Positions 12,582 to 26,116 are shown, numbered from the whole stretch's first letter. The stretch is 62,918 nt of DNA, filler included, from Choristocarpus tenellus KU-1152 (GCA_964200185.2; 12 parts of 12 records of this genome joined end to end with filler, not necessarily neighbours in it), one strand, 5' to 3'. Notes: generated by a model from the sequence alone, not told the origin. Program-made: numbers and translations.

Positions 12582-13704
12582 GGCGAAGGAACCGAGGCTG
12601 TTCTACACGGTGCACGACTACCAGCTGTCATCCAGCGATGGAGAGGGCATTCAGAAGGCCAACCAGGTATTACCAAATCCTTCAATAGAAGAGGGCTAGA
12701 GCAGCAGTGCTGTTGTATATAAGGGTGGACTGCCCTTGGTTTGCTCGTTGTTGTTTCATCCATGTCCATGTTGTGGCATGGTTGAGAGCATCTTGCAGTC
12801 CTATGGTTTATTTCTTTGTGATGGTGTATGGTATATATATATACCTCTATTGAGTTTGCACTGCGATTAGAGGTAATTAGCATCATTAGCATCATCTCGG
12901 AAGTGCCTTCGCCTTCATCCTTTTGAGTACCTTCATTTTTCTAAGAAATACCCAAAATATATACCCCCCCTTTTTGTCTGAAAATATACCCTCTGATCCT
13001 GTCATTGAGAACCTCTTGAACTCTTGGTTTTTTAAAACTTCCCTATGTAGGTCCTCTACTTGAGTGCCCTCTGATTTGGGGTTAGGATTTTGAGTTTGAG
13101 TTTGAATTGTCAAGAGGAGAGTCCTTACCCCCAAAACCTTCCAAAAATAAAAAAGGTAATATTTTTATTTTGTATTTTGAAATGTGATACAACAGCAGTG
13201 ATGTGATGTGATGTGATGTGATTATTTATTTTTTTGTTCATGGTAAAGAAATGTTTTATATATTTTTTAATATTCCAATTGGGACATTACGTCGAAACTT
13301 GTCTCCACCCTATACTTGGAATTGATTCTACCTCAAGTACAATATTTTATTGCTGCTACTACTACTACTATTACTATTACTACTACTGCTACTACTATTA
13401 CTATTATTATTACTACTACTACTACTATTACTATTACTATTATTTTTTATTATTTACAACATTCTTGCTCCTCGGGCACCTGCAATACATACCTATTTCT
13501 ACTGTATAATAGATTCATTAAAAAAATATATATATATATAGTTTTTGGCGTATTTATTTATTTTTTTTTTTTAACCCCCGACAGAATGGACTGTCTTCGC
13601 TGGTGCTGCGCAAGAAGCGGCCCTTGATTGCTGCTTTTAGTCAGGTGGATAAGACTGGGTCGGGATACGTCACCAAGGACCGTTGGTGTAAGGTCATGAA
13701 GAGT
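12582..13704 (+). CDS. PPEF: Two internal exons of a PPEF/rdgC-like Ser/Thr phosphatase with EF-hands (partial gene)
   Basis: In-phase GT-AG exons 12582-12666 (AKEPRLFYTVHDYQLSSSDGEGIQKANQ) and 13585-13704 (NGLSSLVLRKKRPLIAAFSQVDKTGSGYVTKDRWCKVMKS). The second resembles the PPEF EF-like segment that follows the catalytic domain. Confidence 0.55.
13353..13443. repeat. (TAC/TAT)n compound microsatellite in an intron
   Basis: Seen directly; it produces the spurious poly-Y, poly-T and poly-L ORFs. Confidence 0.95.
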
Positions 13705-13875
13705 GTGAGTGGACCCATTTAAAAATAAATAAATAAAAATTTGCTTTGCGTACCCTTTAAAAGAATAAAAAAAATCCTTCTCTCCTGAAAAAATTACTCT
13801 CCACCACTCTGTGCCTCAGCTGACACTGTGTCCTCCAGTCCCAAAAGGAAGGACCAGCCCATTTCAGTTGGCAGC

Positions 13876-13898
13876 CCCTAACCCTAACCCTAACCCTA
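13876..13898. repeat. Interstitial telomere-like (CCCTAA)n tract
   Basis: ccctaaccctaaccctaacccta; related tracts at about 14465, 14930, 35309-35339, 42972-43006 and 43844-43967. Confidence 0.8.
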
Positions 13899-15247
13899 CA
13901 ATAGTATTTAAGTCTCGTCCCCCTTATTCCTCCCCCCCCCCCTCCCCCTACCATCAATATTGTTCCTATGAATATGAATATGAATTATGGAGTATTTGAA
14001 TTTCTACGGCGGTATTGTGTTGTGATTGGTGCAGTAGTAGCATGGTGCTTGTTCCCCGTGGTTGCTGGGTAGTGCTTGAGTTGGGAGTTATTTATTTTGT
14101 AGGCGTTTTTGTGATACGTAGGTTTTGGCGTGAAAGGAGGCGGTAGTCCCTGGAGTGTATAGGAGTATGGAGGATATGATGTATATGGATGCCTTTCTGT
14201 GACTCGGTGGTGTGATGTTTTCATTAGTAGGTTTTTCTTGGTGTGGACAGGATGGTTGCAATGCTTGTGATGCTTTGCGTGAGGATGTGATGGTGTTGGT
14301 AGTGGTTTTGTTGTGTGTGGGGATGTGCTCTGTTCAAGGATACCAGTGTCTTTTTTGATGTCGACAGGAGGTTGGTCCAAAGGGGGAGGGTGATGTCCTT
14401 TGGTCATTAGTTTTACCTTCTTTTTATTTAGCCGTTGTTCTATTATCAGTCGTGAGTAACCAATTAGGGTTAGGGTAATTCTTGGAGACTGGCTTTGATT
14501 CGCAGGAGATTGATTTTACATTTCCTGGATTAGACTTGGTGCCTCTGAATTATCAATAGATATGTAAGACATGAAAAGGTGTATGTCAAAATAAGGTACA
14601 AGTCTCTCCCCATTCGTATGGATTTACACCAATATTCCTGTATCCCCGCTCTAAGTCATTCTTAGCTGAGCGATGTAGCTGAAGTGAGAATAATAATAAT
14701 AATCAGTAATAGAAGTAAATGAAGAGGATATGCTGTTGTAGTAACAGTACTGCCTGTAGTGGTGGTGTCTATTTGATGGTGATGGTTGTTGTTGTTGTTG
14801 TTGGTGGTGGTGTGTAGGGGGTACTGTCTCTCATCTATGAGTTATCTTTGAAGTTGGGGTTTGTAGTTTTGATGTTTGGGGTACGGTGGGTGGTAGTGCT
14901 ATTGCTTAGCGGTGGGTTTATAGATAATATTAGGGTTAGGGTTTAGTTCAATGTATGTAAGAGGGTCTTAACTGTAACTGTAGTTTTGAGTCATGGGTGT
15001 GGTGTTTATTGACACAGTTTTGAAAGGGGGGCTTGGAACTTGAGAGTAAAAGGGGGTCCAAATAATTGTCCCTACCGTAAAAAAAGTTTTTCCCCCCATC
15101 TTTGACCTTACTTGAAAATATCTCGTCTATATGTATATATATATTATNNNNNNNNNNNNNNNNNNNNNNNNNNNNNNNNNNNNNNNNNNNNTTAATTAAT
15201 TAANNNNNNNNNNNNNNNNNNNNNNNNNNNNNNNNNNNNNNNNNNNN

Positions 15248-15680
15248 CTGCATTGCCTCGATTAACTCCGTCATCTTGTCCCAGGGTCCCACTGCTCAAT
15301 ATTCGGCATGGCATACCAGGTACCCAAAGTATCTTCTTGACCTCCAGTTCTTGCTTTGCTTGCTTGCACGGGGATCTCATCCTCCGTGCGTCCTTTGTTG
15401 ATTCCTCTTCGCAGTTCCAGTGTGATATTCGTCCCTGTTCCGTTAATGTCTCCATGAGTTCAGGACGACGTATCTTCGCCGCACAATGTCTTATAGGCCC
15501 TTTCGCTGGCATAAACCACCAGATATAATCTCCATGTTGTCCAAGTCTCCACTGATCGTGCTGGTGCTCCAGTTCAGTTGGGCAAATTCTTCATGTCGTC
15601 CGGGCCCATCAACTGCTCCTTTTCTCCATACTACTGAGGCTCATGACCTGTGCAAATTACCTCCCAAGGTAATTTGCACA
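15248..15680 (-). mobile_element. Possible Copia-type RNase H relic
   Basis: KQELEVKKILWVPG resembles the Copia RNase H C-terminus; very degraded. Confidence 0.3.
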
Positions 15681-15700
15681 AAATGTGCCTTTTGCTGTTC

Positions 15701-15766
15701 ACAAAATTGCAACATTGGATTTGGTCCCAAACGGACGCGGCTCTACCCATTAAGATACTTTGACTC
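15701..15766 (-). mobile_element. MITE family A solo end
   Basis: ...cccaaacggacgcggctctacccattaagatactttgactc. Confidence 0.8.
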
Positions 15767-15824
15767 ATCGTAATTGTCCATGTTAACTCTCACTACCTCC
15801 AAATTTCAAAATTATGGCAACAGG

Positions 15825-16023
15825 ACACTCAACTTACTCCCACACTGCGTGCGTAGCTAGCTCATCCAGAAAACTTTCTGTTTGCTTACCGAGGCGCCCA
15901 AAACTTTCCACTGTAAAGATGTTGAGGTTATAACTACGAGGGCAAAAATATCTCGTATCGGGTGCACCTGTTTGTCAACATCCTAAAAATACAACCCTGG
16001 TTACCTCCCGCTTACTTTGACTC
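15825..16023 (-). mobile_element. CRE-like tail fragment fused to a MITE family B end
   Basis: 15825-15960 matches the CRE tail; 15967-16023 ends in ttacctcccgcttactttgactc (family B TIR). Confidence 0.65.
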
Positions 16024-16619
16024 AGAATTTTTAATTATTGGACTTTGGTTTTATTGTTGGCAATATGATATATGCCGATGTAACAAATGATTGATTAGAT
16101 AAGTTGAATTACTCGCACAGGTAACGGTAAATCAACTAATATAATTGAATCATAATGAATGCCCGAGTTCTTCTTGGGGGGAAATTGAGATTTCCCTGAT
16201 TAGTCTGTATTTCTACCCACTAAAATGGGCTCACCCATTAAAAATACTGGTAATAATGCTGTCGTCTGTCGTCTTTTCCACAATGTTTTCTTTTTTTGTC
16301 CTGATTGATTGATGGTTGTGTGCCAACAACACTGGTGAAGTCTCTATTTGTTCTATTCGATTTTTCTCCCTTCTTTTATCTGTGTGTTTCTTTACATTTC
16401 TGCTTTTTGATGCATTTTTGTGTCGCATTTTCTACATCTCCCAGAGTGTTGAATGTTACTACTTTCGTCACCACACCACAATACCTACAAAACGTTTGAG
16501 CATCATTGCATGATGCATTTGAAGGATTAATAATTGAATATATTATGGTAATAGTGGTAGTATAGGTAGAAACTAATATTTCGAAGTAGTACGTGTGATA
16601 CAACCCATGCCATCCAGTT

Positions 16620-17540
16620 AGTTAAACCAGTTGCTCTTTAAAATCCCCCGACGAAGCCTGTGTTTTCGTCTCGGCTCCCTAAGCTGTTTTTGAGATCAGG
16701 TACTCTCTTGCACCAACCTCTTCGATTTTCCTCCCCACATGATGCATTCTTCCAGGTTCTTGGACTCTTCAATGCCTACTATCCTTACTTCCCCAAGCTG
16801 TCATTTCCTTTCTGTGACTGTGTTCCATTCCAATTATCTCTGCTTTTTATCTCGGCATTCCTGTGCAGTTCATCCACCGTTCCAGTCGATCGCAGTACAA
16901 ATTTTCCCTCTACGGTCTGACAGTTCCGTCTACGTCTTTGATTTCACTTCCAGGATCACCTCCACATTGTACTTCTGGTTGGAGATTCCCCTGTTTCTCC
17001 CCTTCTACGATCCTAAATTTGAAATTTCCATCTCACATTACAACATATAATTGCTCTGTAGCACTCTGTAGTATCAACCATATGTTCAAACGCGTTACTA
17101 GATTTGATGTGTCTCCCAAACTGAATAGATCAGGGAGTGACAACAACTCAGTGTAGTGGTAGGGTTGGAAAGGACTTGATAGCCGTGTCAAGGCGGTACT
17201 ATTTTTCGTCTTAGGATAAGGTGAACCATTTAAAGTTGCCCCCGTGTCCATTTTTAAGGAGAGATTATGTTAGGTAGTTCTACACTGGTTACTATCTCAC
17301 ACTTCACAGGTACCAGGACGCATCCCCTCTCCAGCAAACCTGGGTCATCTTCCACCTTTCAATACGTTCTATCCATTACGTTATGTAAAGCCTGCTTCGT
17401 TTTATCTCCCTCCTTCTTCCTTTCAATCTCTTTTAATTTGAGTAGTCTCATTCTTGTCTAAACCCCGTACCAATGAAACCCCCTTACTTACCTAGCTCCC
17501 ATCTCCCACTGCCAACGCTCTAGAAGTTGAAGAGGACATA
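16620..17540 (-). mobile_element. Possible Ty3/Gypsy gag-protease relic
   Basis: LLKMDTGATLN aspartic-protease-like motif near 17250 in degraded sequence. Confidence 0.3.
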
Positions 17541-17595
17541 CCCATCCTCTCGTTAATCGACGCAGTCAGAGATTAAGCGTGAGGTGGGGCAAGAC

Positions 17596-18694
17596 ATGGG
17601 GGAGCGTAAGGGATCAGGAATATGGGCTAGTGATAGGACCAAATGTGTTGGACCTTTCTACCTGACATTCTGTGTCCTTGTATGGTACAGCCTGGCTGCG
17701 TTATATAGCGTGTACAACAAAGCTGTGTTACAGGTAAGTGCATGGTCAGACAGGTCTCTGATTTTGCCGGGTCTCCCTTTGCGTTGATACCCGTTGAGAA
17801 TTTGAAACCACCTTTGAGGTTCAAGAAATTGTGGTATCATGTAATGTGATGCTGTTGAAAATGCAATGGGGCCAGGTCTACCGTTCTAGAGTAAGCGCTA
17901 CTAATAGTAGTTCACCTTCTACTGTTAATAAGGCTGCAGAGTCCGAACGTATCCTGGTACACAGGAACGGTTGACTCCTGTGCCATACTATTGAATCATG
18001 CCTCCAAATTCAGGCATGTCACCAAAAAGCTAACTGAAAACGTACGTCTATACGTGCAATGGCGCTGTATTATGGCCCTTCGATCTTTGGCAGATTTGAG
18101 CAAAGGCATTTTGCGGGTGCACCAATGCCTTCGAGGAGAAAGCAGGCATTCTGTAGGGATCATGGCAAGGAAAGGCATTCGCGTTGCTTGCTTAAATGAG
18201 AGTCAGTCCTTGTTGCCGTAGACCGTACTAGAACATTTGTCTTTTCCCCTCTTTTATTGTGGACACTGTGTCCCCTTAACCCTGAACCCCCCTCAATGCT
18301 CTTGCTGACCTTCCATGAACTGCAGATGTTCCCCTATCCCATCACAGTTGTATCAGTCGAACTTGGGGTGGGAGTACTTCTCGTTCTTCCTGCATGGGTA
18401 TTGGGAATCATTAGACCCCCCAGTCTTACAATGTCCCAGGTGAGAGATATAACTGCGTAGGCAACTGATGGAAAGGAACGGTAGTGAATAAGGGGGTGGA
18501 CTAAAATTTGATGCCTTTTTAGTCCATAATGGTGATTGTGTGATGTTCCAATCACCCCACTGTCCCTTCCACTGTGGGATAAAAATGCCCACTTGAGGGA
18601 TAGAGGAAATATCGTTGTGTCAGCGAGGAGAAAAGATATGTTGATATACAGGGGCTATACTTTGATGGTGAGTGGGTACATGTAGATAGTGTAT

Positions 18695-18732
<38 letters not shown>

Positions 18733-19183
18733 TAACATTGTGGGGAGGCAGGGCATTTTATATGTGTGTGTCCACCCAGTAAACTCTATCAATGTTGTGG
18801 ACCATCCACCTGCCCACTCACACACCTTTCACCCTGCCCTACAACTTTTATCTATGTCTGTTCCCCCCAGACCAGGCACATAAAAAATACCCTTCGTTTT
18901 TTCGTTTGTTTCAATAACCATGTGCCTTCTTGTATTGGTGATGATTCTAACATTGTCTGTGTGTTCGTGTTTGTACCTACCCGCATTGCTACTGGGTCTT
19001 GGATACATATTTTATCTACATAAAGACGATTAATCTACACTCTACCGGTTCTTTTTCAGATGCCCGTGATGTTTCGCGTTGCCCTGTGGCATGCAGTCTC
19101 GCACGCTGCTAATTCTGGAGCACTTCGAATGTCATCTCTTGCAGCGGTTTCAGCTGTGCAAGTGAGAAACCAACTGCTTAGAT

Positions 19184-19230
<47 letters not shown>

Positions 19231-20100
19231 GGCAAAGAGATGAATTGATTCTGTCGTGCCCGTCCTCAGCCCCTTCATTGCTTCGTTCTGAGCGTGCCTT
19301 TTTGTAAATATAAAAGATGCCGGTAACCCGATGCATGTACTTCGTTCTTACTTTTCGTACAAATAGGTTGTTTTTTTTCTTTTTCTTTTCTTTTTGCGTG
19401 GTGGACACAAAACACAGTTGCGACTGTTTCGAAGTGTCGTTTGTTTAGTGCTATTTAGTGTCGTTTGTTTAGTGCTATTTATTGCCACTGTCCGACTTTC
19501 ATCTCATGTCTACTTTCAGTGCTTCATAACCCTACTCCCAACACCTCTCACATGCAATTATAGACGAAACACCCATTGCAGTCTATTGCAACACAACTTT
19601 ACACATGTGGTTTGAGCACAGGTCCCTCCCTAAGGAGATTAGACTGATGCCGACACCCTAATATCACCATACTTTGAGTGCAGTTTTGTATTCATGTAGG
19701 TTATTCATTCACCTACCAATGTCGCCCAAGGAACATGTCAGAGTCCTAGTGATGTGCAATGGAGTGTAACACTGGAGGGGACTAGTCTCACAAGATGATA
19801 CTCTTTGGAGCACATCCTTCCATACACACTAAAAAAATATATATTTTTATTTCAATTTTCTTTTTTCTTCTTGTTAGGCAGCAGAACCCCTCTCTTCAGC
19901 ACTTGCAGTGTGGTTAATGGCAGGCGAGTCCACCCACCCTGTTGTTAATGCATCGCTGGGCCTTGTTGTTCTGGGTGTGTTCCTTGCTGCCGGAGAGAGC
20001 TCACTGACCTGGGGGGGCTTGCTGTTGGCTGGGGTGTCAAGTGCTGGTATTGGTAAGTCGAAGGGAGGGAGTAGATTGTTGACAACTCTATAGACAGACA

Positions 20101-20136
<36 letters not shown>

Positions 20137-22089
20137 AGGAAAGGAGATAATGATCTTAAGATGCGTGGGGGATAAAGGAGTTTGCCGGGCAAATGCATCC
20201 TCCTGGCTTAACACAAGTGTTGCCAACACAGGCCATTGTATTGGTGTACAGTATTACCAGGTGTTGCTTGTTCTGCTGCTTCCCTTACCCCTTCGATATT
20301 TGCATGACTCTGTGGCCTTAACCCTTCATTGCCATGGCTCTGGAGCCCTATTTGTGGCAGCGTCAGAACCCAAACCCTCAACCTGAACCGTGACTTCTTT
20401 TTGCCTAAGTTGTAGTCGTACCGGTCCCCTTACCTGATTGCTAACCCTAAGTCCTCTGTGTTTGTTGTTGTGAACCTCCCCATCCCCTAGTGATGCACAA
20501 CCTCCGATGAAGTTGTTGAAGTACGGCCCTCATGCTCCCACTGGTATTTGCTTGATCCCACCTTAAGAGTGATCCCCGCCCCCCTTGATTAACCTTTGGG
20601 AACCTTAGGCATCAGAGGGGTTTATGCAGTTCGTGCCCGCAGGGACAGGGCCTTTCGAGCGCGCCCACTCTCTGCTGCCAACACATACGCCATTGTGACG
20701 GTGAGATGGTCATGGTTGTTGGTATGTTGGCATGTGTTTGGTGTTGTTGGCATGATAGTCCGGTGTGATATGTCCTTACTTCTGTGTGGTGATGTACGGG
20801 GTTGATCATTAGGCCCCTCTTCACTCGAAAATGTGTTGCATTTGTCTTTTCCGGCTTGTGGATGTTTTGTGTTTGTCTGCCTTTGCGTTGCGGTTCATGG
20901 GGGGAGGGGGGTGAGAACCCTCGGGAGCTCGTCGAACACGATGGGTTTGCATATAGTAAGTAGGCGAATGATTGTCGGTGGGTAGATACTGATTTAATGG
21001 AAAAAGGATTACATTGAAGTATTAATAGTAGGGTATTTTCGAAGATGGGAGGAAGATACATATATATATATTTCTCCTCTGAAGTTCAAACGTCTCTGTA
21101 CTTCTTACTACTGTTTTTTTCTTTTTTGCCGTTGTTGTTTTGGAGTAGGTGATGGAGGCGGTATCACACGCATAAACAAGTAGTCTTTTTTTTTTTTGGA
21201 TTGGTGTATTGTGAGTGCAGTTGCGTATATCAGAGGACATGGAATGGCTCTACATTACTGTCCACAGAGAGGTTCTTAAAAAACAGCTATCTGTAGTCTT
21301 GAGTAGTAGAAGATTTAACAGACGGAGGCGTTGTGAGTCACACCCTTTGGGCAAAACCTGTTTCCCAGAAACCACTACACATGTAAGTGAGAAACGGTTC
21401 TTGTCAACCCTGGGCCAGCGCAATGCCCACATCCAGGGGAACTGCATAATCATATATAATTCTACAATGAGGAGGACTGTTTGTGTGCTGATCCTCTTTC
21501 TGATTCACAAAAAATTCTTGGGATTTTCTTCTGAATGTTTTTTAGGGTGAAATTTTACCTCGAGGCGTAGTATAAATATCGGTGCCCTTCTTGTGTGGAG
21601 TTGAAGTTGATAGCCTTGTCTATCCCTAACCCTATTGCGTTTGTTCTTACTGCAACAACATAATAATAGTAGAACTGTGATTAGGGTAGAAGAGGTCACA
21701 AAAGTCTTGGTAGGAGTATTTCTTTCTAGGCAATGATGCGAAGATGAAGTGAAGTGAAGGCAAGTATATTCTCACAGCAGTTCCCCTGCACATTCCCTTC
21801 ACCCACTGTTTTCTACATTCCTTTTTTTTCTCTTTTTCTTTGGGGGGGGGCGGGGGGGCATGGAATAATGCAGGTTATGTCCTTTGCCACCATTCTTCCG
21901 TATGCCTGTATTTTTGAGGGACCAGCAGCAGCAAAGGGATGGGGGAAAATTGGGGTTGGTGCAGAGGCTTGGACTCCCGCCTTTGCAGCTGCTGAGGTGG
22001 AGGAGGGAGGATGGGGGGGTGGTGATAGCTTGCCTGCACTTGCCATGTATCTAGGTGTGAGTGGAGTACTCTTCTTTCTCAACAGTATG
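17596..22089 (+). CDS. Triose-phosphate/phosphate translocator family (TPT/SLC35E-like) transporter, first 6 exons, 3' end off contig
   Basis: Phase-consistent GT-AG exons 17596-17733, 18326-18439, 19060-19161, 19878-20052, 20609-20700, 21874-22089. Motifs WYSLAALYSVYNKAVLQMFPYPITV, AAEPLSSA, GIRGVYA, LSAANTYA and ILPYACIFEG. Confidence 0.88.
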
Positions 22090-22264
22090 GTGAGCGGTGT
22101 TATGAGATCTAAAATGGTTTTTGTATGCTGCTGAGGCATGCGTGTGTGATTTTTTTTTGTATCTGTTACTGGTGTTCGGGTCAATTGTGCTCTGCCTGTA
22201 GTGTGTGAGGATTGAAGGTTTTCAATATTTGATATTTAGGATGTTTGTGTCAGTGGCGTGTGGC

Positions 22265-22306
<42 letters not shown>

Positions 22307-23465
22307 TTTTTTTTTTCCTCCCAATTTCTTTTTTTTCTATGCTCTAACTTGGNNNNNNNNNNNNNNNNNNNNNNNNNNNNNNNNNNNNNNNNNNNNTTAA
22401 TTAATTAANNNNNNNNNNNNNNNNNNNNNNNNNNNNNNNNNNNNNNNNNNNNGGCTGTCCAGAGTAATTGTGGAGAGGTTCTTCAGGATGAGTATTGCTT
22501 TCCACCTGATATGTTCCAACCGGAAAGGCATGGAGTGCATCAAATTGGACAGGGTGTACAAGAAGACTTGTCTCACAGCAGGTCTGCACCTTCAGAATAC
22601 CTCATTTGACTTGGCATGGATTGTCTGATTCAGAGGCCTGGGGCCCCATGAGTGTGCCTTAGCCAGCAGGTGACAACATCGCATAAACGGGAAATATTGG
22701 AAAGAGAATGGAGAGACGACAACGCCCATTTTTTCTTGGTGAAGATGACCTCCTTAGGCGTCAAAATCGTCCATAAATTCGCTGTTCGCGCGCACCGCAT
22801 GGCACCCCGCGCGAATCGAATGCGCGGACTACTTGATTTAAGTATGGTCGTTTATTTCTCATGATTACTGTAAGTTGACCAAGTGAGACCTGTCAAATAA
22901 GGTTAATTGTGGAAGTGTCAAAGGGGTCAAGTTCTCTGCTCAAGGGGGCAATCACAATCACCGGAGTGAACTCTTCCACCTCAGAGGGTGAGACCGAGTA
23001 TCAAAGGTCTTGGTCCAACATCTCAGAACAATTGCAATCCAGAACAGAACAAAAACCTCAAGACACAACAAATGATCACGAATGACTGAGCAACGTGACA
23101 GCAGAGGAGAAAGGGATCAGTCAGAATCGGAAGGGATCTTCGTTCTGACAGTCCATTTTGACTGTTTGATCAAATCCGGATCTTATGGTTGTGGTTGGTT
23201 TATTGGACTAGTTGGTATGGGTGAGTTGAAATGATGTGGTTGGCGCGCACAAATGTATGTGAACGCGCGTCTTATGGACAAGTAAGTGTGTGTGTCGGAG
23301 ATCCCCAAAAAGGAAACTGTCCCTGACATAAACCATGATTATGCGATTACAACAAACGATTTTTCAACTTTTGTTATCAAATGAACAAAAGTTATCTCAC
23401 GACAAAGTTATATGCCAACACTGTATTGTCTCATCCTCTCCTACAACCGTACTAAATTACACAAC

Positions 23466-24434
23466 ATGATCGTTCCACGTACATCTCATCTTCTGCTTCT
23501 TGTGGGAATATTGGACTATATTCGCTTCTTTGTCACCGGAACCAACCCAACTCCCGTCACTGCTGTCAGCGAACAAGACAGGTAGATTCGTTCCTAGCCA
23601 GGAAATTTGAACTGCACCATGTGAATCGTGTTCTCGTCGTTCCTTCCCATTTTCGTAGGTAATGTTTTTGTCGTGGTTGTAGATGGTCCTACTAGTACAC
23701 CGAAAAAACTGGTATCTACTATTAATACGGCTGTTGTTTCTAGTTATCTCTCCTTTCGGGCTACGATGTTAAGTAAGCTAGGTGCAAAGTTTACGTGAAG
23801 CCTGTTAGTTCTGCCCATGCCTTCCTCACAAGATGCATATATGGCAACTCTTAACAGATTCTTAGGGCAAGCATAGAATTTGTAACTGCAGCCTTCAGGG
23901 GTCTGCCTCTTTCTCCGATGTTGCCTGCACTGCTCGCATGTATGACAACTCAGAAGTGTGGAAGACTTCACCAGAGGCAGCTTAACTTTAAAGAATTGCA
24001 TGAAGAACAAGAGTTGCAGTGTGGATGACGACTGCTGCGCTGAGCTCACATGTAGTTCCAGCGGACAATGTGTTGGTGAGGTACCCCTCAGGCTTGCTGA
24101 GAGCGAGTGAGAGAGTGAAGGGCAGTAAAGGCGAACTGGTAGACCAAGAATCATGTGTATACAACTGTATTGAGTTATGGTGGTTACCGAAACGTAGAGT
24201 GTGTACAGATATTTTACTGGTGCATTTCATTATGATCTCAGTTTTTCAATATTGTTGTCCACTCGACTGCAACTTGGCCACATCTTCCTTCTCACCCGTC
24301 CGTCCTTGATCCTCTTCGTGTTCCCTCTGACTTTATGACACAGGCAATATCCGGAAGTTCAAGATTGATGTGGCTTTTATTGGTGGAGGTGAAATCCCAA
24401 AGTACGAACGAATTTGGGCGTCTGCCGCTGCAAG
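23466..24434 (+). CDS. Secreted protein: signal peptide, knottin-like six-Cys module and start of a leishmanolysin (M8)-like domain; first 3 exons
   Basis: Exons 23466-23581 (MIVPRTSHLLLLVGILDYIRFFVTG...), 23954-24075 (CMKNKSCSVDDDCCAELTCSSSGQCV) and 24344-24434 (NIRKFKIDVAFIGGGEIPKYERIWASAAAR). GT-AG sites and splice phases (2, then 1) fit exactly. Not in the ORF track. Confidence 0.7.
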
Positions 24435-25369
24435 GTAGGTTCCTAAATCCCTAATACAGAAGTGGTCTTTCAGTTTTTCCCAATGATTGCCTTGCAGCGG
24501 CTTATCATTAGTGTTTGTGTTATTACTTAAACTGAAACCTTGAGTGCCCTCGTATGCCTTCCGTCATATATGAGATTGGGTTAAACTTTGCGTTAGGGGA
24601 ATACGTTCGGTGAAAAAGAGGCTACTTTTCAGAGTGCATGCGTGTGTGGTCGAGTTGATATGCTACAAGCTTACACTCTGTTCTCCAGTACATAATTTCG
24701 CGAACAGGGTGTTCGCCAGGGGAAACTCCATTGTTATTGTAATTGTTGTCTAAATCGGACAAAATGTGTACGAGGTGGAAGGTAAAACGTGAGGATAAAA
24801 TGATATGAAGTCATTACAAGTCTGTCGAGATTGTCGGATTGGGGGTGGAAATTACACATTATGTAGAAAAACAGCAAGATTTCTTTATGTGAAAACAAGT
24901 ACTGGCATAAAGTGTATGTTATGGGACTTCAGTAAGCACAGGTGGTGGTATTTGGAGTGATACAGACGTGGAGAAATACAGCATCTATTATCGGGGAGAC
25001 CGTGCAGTGTTGTGAATTTTTTGGCATATAAGGTATGAAAAGCAAAGAGAGCACAGAGGTTTGGTACCTTATGCTCAAGGCAGAAACCAATATGCATGCG
25101 TGCATATTCATATATGTGGCTTAACTTCCAGGCCTTGTTTCAGATTGATGTGTCGGCTACTGAAAAATTGAAGCATTGAAGTGTTTAGAGCTCACACAAA
25201 ATCATTATTTCTAAAAATCTCTACACAGTCTACCACCTCACATCCACCTTTTCATCCACATCCTCCTTCTGTTCTTCATAGTTTCCTTCTACACCCTCAA
25301 TCTTCAAGCAGAAGTGGGATATCATCCTCAGTCCCAGGTAGGGCAATGAAGTTCTCCTCTGTCAGCTCT

Positions 25370-25549
25370 GGCTCAAAGTATCTGGCGGAGGAGGGGGTGG
25401 CTGTCCATTTGGGGCCAATTTTTTTCATGTCGATTTTTGTGTGATTCGGTTGCATACGTTGGATGGATGATGCAAGTACACTCTTCCTGATTTTGACCCA
25501 AATGGACACCCTGGTTTAGAACCCCCCCCCCCTCCTGATACTTTCGGCC
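25370..25549 (+). mobile_element. MITE family C, complete copy
   Basis: TIRs GGCTCAAAGTATCTGG ... CCTGATACTTTCGGCC; 3-bp TSD TCT; subterminal GTCCATTTGGGG / CCCAAATGGAC. Confidence 0.85.
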
Positions 25550-25944
25550 TCTCAATCTCTTTATCTGGGCATACTTGGCAGTTTCACTCGAGACTAGCAA
25601 GTTGGCCTTAAGTCTCTTTTTCCCTTTCATGCACTCGTTCCCTTGGCCATATCTTTCCCGAGTTTGACCTTTCCTGTGATACAGCCCTGTCAGAAAGTCC
25701 TCCCGAACCCAATTGCAACAACCCTGTGTGAGACCACTTATTGTTTGTGAACCACTTCAAACTGTGTAAATCTGAGCCAGTGGGGTCCTGAGCACAGTTC
25801 CCACCTACCACATGGAGGAATCTGTTGTTTCAGTGGGTGTCATAAGGTCAATCTCATATTTACCCCTGCACAGGATCCCGCTTATCTTGTGAACAATTTT
25901 GAACAGTGTGAGTCTGAAAATGTGGTGTGCTGTGCACAGTTTCC

Positions 25945-26016
25945 GGTTCAAAGTATCTTGGCGGGGGGGGGGGGGGGGGGGGGTTTCGGGGGTTTTGTTT
26001 TGGGCGCCGGTGGGGG
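25945..26016 (+). mobile_element. MITE family C/D end running into poly-G at the contig end
   Basis: ggttcaaagtatcttggc followed by a G tract. Confidence 0.6.
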
Positions 26017-26116
26017 NNNNNNNNNNNNNNNNNNNNNNNNNNNNNNNNNNNNNNNNNNNNTTAATTAATTAANNNNNNNNNNNNNNNNNNNNNNNNNNNN
26101 NNNNNNNNNNNNNNNN

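Noticed and set aside
13234-13627. Poly-Tyr, poly-Thr and poly-Leu ORFs
   Set aside because: They are translations of an intronic trinucleotide microsatellite.
13985-15147. His/Pro/Thr-rich ORF and strong G/T strand skew
   Set aside because: It is low-complexity intronic sequence with no domain or splice support.
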